A DNA stretch of 64,000 nt from an uncultured Nitrospiraceae bacterium. Lineage in GTDB: Bacteria > Nitrospirota > Thermodesulfovibrionia > Thermodesulfovibrionales > SM23-35. The notes beneath the pieces were generated by a model, which saw only the letters and a list, made by a program, of their open reading frames with translations, did not search any database and was not told the DNA's origin. The position numbers and the translations under genes were made by a program. Below, piece by piece: positions 63,319-64,000 of this stretch (the first letter of the stretch is position 1; each line of letters opens with the position of its first letter). Where the stretch lies: assembly GCA_937138415.1 (NCBI GenBank), contig CAKZPA010000042.1, positions 1,308-65,307 on the forward strand. The letters run 5' to 3'.

Positions 63319-63792
63319 GTGCGTATCGGCATAGGGTACGACTCTCACAGGCTCGTCGCGGGAAGAAGATTGATCCTCGGCGGCGTCGAGATCCCATTCG
63401 ACAAAGGGCTCATCGGCCACTCTGACGCCGACGTCCTCTGCCACGCCATCATCGACGCGATCCTCGGTGCGCTCGGCCTCGGCGACATCGGGAAACAGTT
63501 CCCGGATACCGACCCGCAGTGGAAAGACGCCTCGAGCGTTCGACTGCTCGGGCATGTCGTGGAACTCATGCGTTCGAGCGGATATGAGGCGCTATGGATC
63601 GACGGCATCGTCATTGCGGAGAAACCCCGCCTCGCCCCTCATATCGAGGACATGAAGCGGTCACTGTCGCGATCCGGCATCCCATCCGCCGTCATTAACA
63701 TCAAAGCGAAAACAAACGAAGGGATGGGCTTCGTGGGGAAAGGAGAAGGGATAGCGGCATACGCGGTGTGCCTTTTGAGAAAAATCGAGTAG
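63319..63792 (+). CDS. ispF: 2-C-methyl-D-erythritol 2,4-cyclodiphosphate synthase
   Basis: 157 aa with a GTG start and GGAGG RBS. Motifs are IGIGYDSHRL and GHSDADVLCHAI. Confidence 0.95.
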   Translation: MRIGIGYDSHRLVAGRRLILGGVEIPFDKGLIGHSDADVLCHAIIDAILGALGLGDIGKQFPDTDPQWKDASSVRLLGHVVELMRSSGYEALWIDGIVIAEKPRLAPHIEDMKRSLSRSGIPSAVINIKAKTNEGMGFVGKGEGIAAYAVCLLRKIE

Positions 63793-63934
63793 TGCTTGGT
63801 ACTCGCTCCCTTTAACCGAATTTAACCCGGATTGTTTATTAACCCAGTTTATTCGTACAGTATGGGCTTTCAGAGCATGTGCAGTGTCAGCGCTCACTCT
63901 ATTCGCTCCGCGGGTCTCCGCCGATCTCCGAGGA

Positions 63935-63972
63935 ACAGAGTGTTCTTTACCTGACGGCGCCGAACACTCTGT
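63935..63972. repeat. perfect 11-bp inverted repeat with 16-nt spacer
   Basis: ACAGAGTGTTC ... GAACACTCTGT in the non-coding tail after ispF. There is no flanking U-run on either strand. Confidence 0.6.
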
Positions 63973-64000
63973 AAAACCGCGCTGATACCGTATCTGCTCT

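Overview
A 64-kb chromosomal window from a moderately GC-rich bacterium. Spot counts of single 60-nt lines give about 53-58% GC. The gene content, including a dissimilatory-type sat, suggests an anaerobic, possibly sulfate-reducing lineage, but I cannot assign taxonomy from sequence alone. The window is densely packed with about 65 protein genes, mostly housekeeping. These include adk-sat, the rod-shape operon mreBCD-mrdA-[cysM-like]-rodA, purL-purB, rpsB-tsf-pyrH-frr, hisA-hisF, archease-rtcB, hemL, rpoD, cysE-cysK, a serC-like/serA/purA cluster, degP, and ispD/ispF. There are two tRNAs, Met/CAT and Phe/GAA. I found no rRNA, CRISPR array, transposase, integrase or phage gene. The one clearly accessory segment is a low-GC island of about 6.8 kb (about 24.1-30.9 kb; spot counts 33-45% GC). 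It encodes LPS-core and glycan-modification enzymes and ends at a truncated glycosyltransferase remnant next to msbA. The main oddities are: (1) an 848-aa fusion of threonine synthase with a cystathionine-gamma-synthase-family enzyme, whose linker DNA still contains an SD-like AGGAGG; (2) a CspA-family gene with an in-frame TAG at codon 52, although TAG is a normal stop elsewhere in this window, preceded by a terminator-like hairpin in its putative leader; (3) a cysteine-synthase paralog inserted between mrdA and rodA; (4) a DksA-type zinc-finger protein with a histone-H1-like lysine-rich tail, translationally coupled to a 50-aa sORF; (5) an archease-rtcB pair separated by a 190-nt spacer with a hairpin; (6) several candidate small RNAs or leaders. 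The many long ORFs antisense to real genes are judged to be composition artefacts. All homology statements come from motif recognition by eye; no database search was run.
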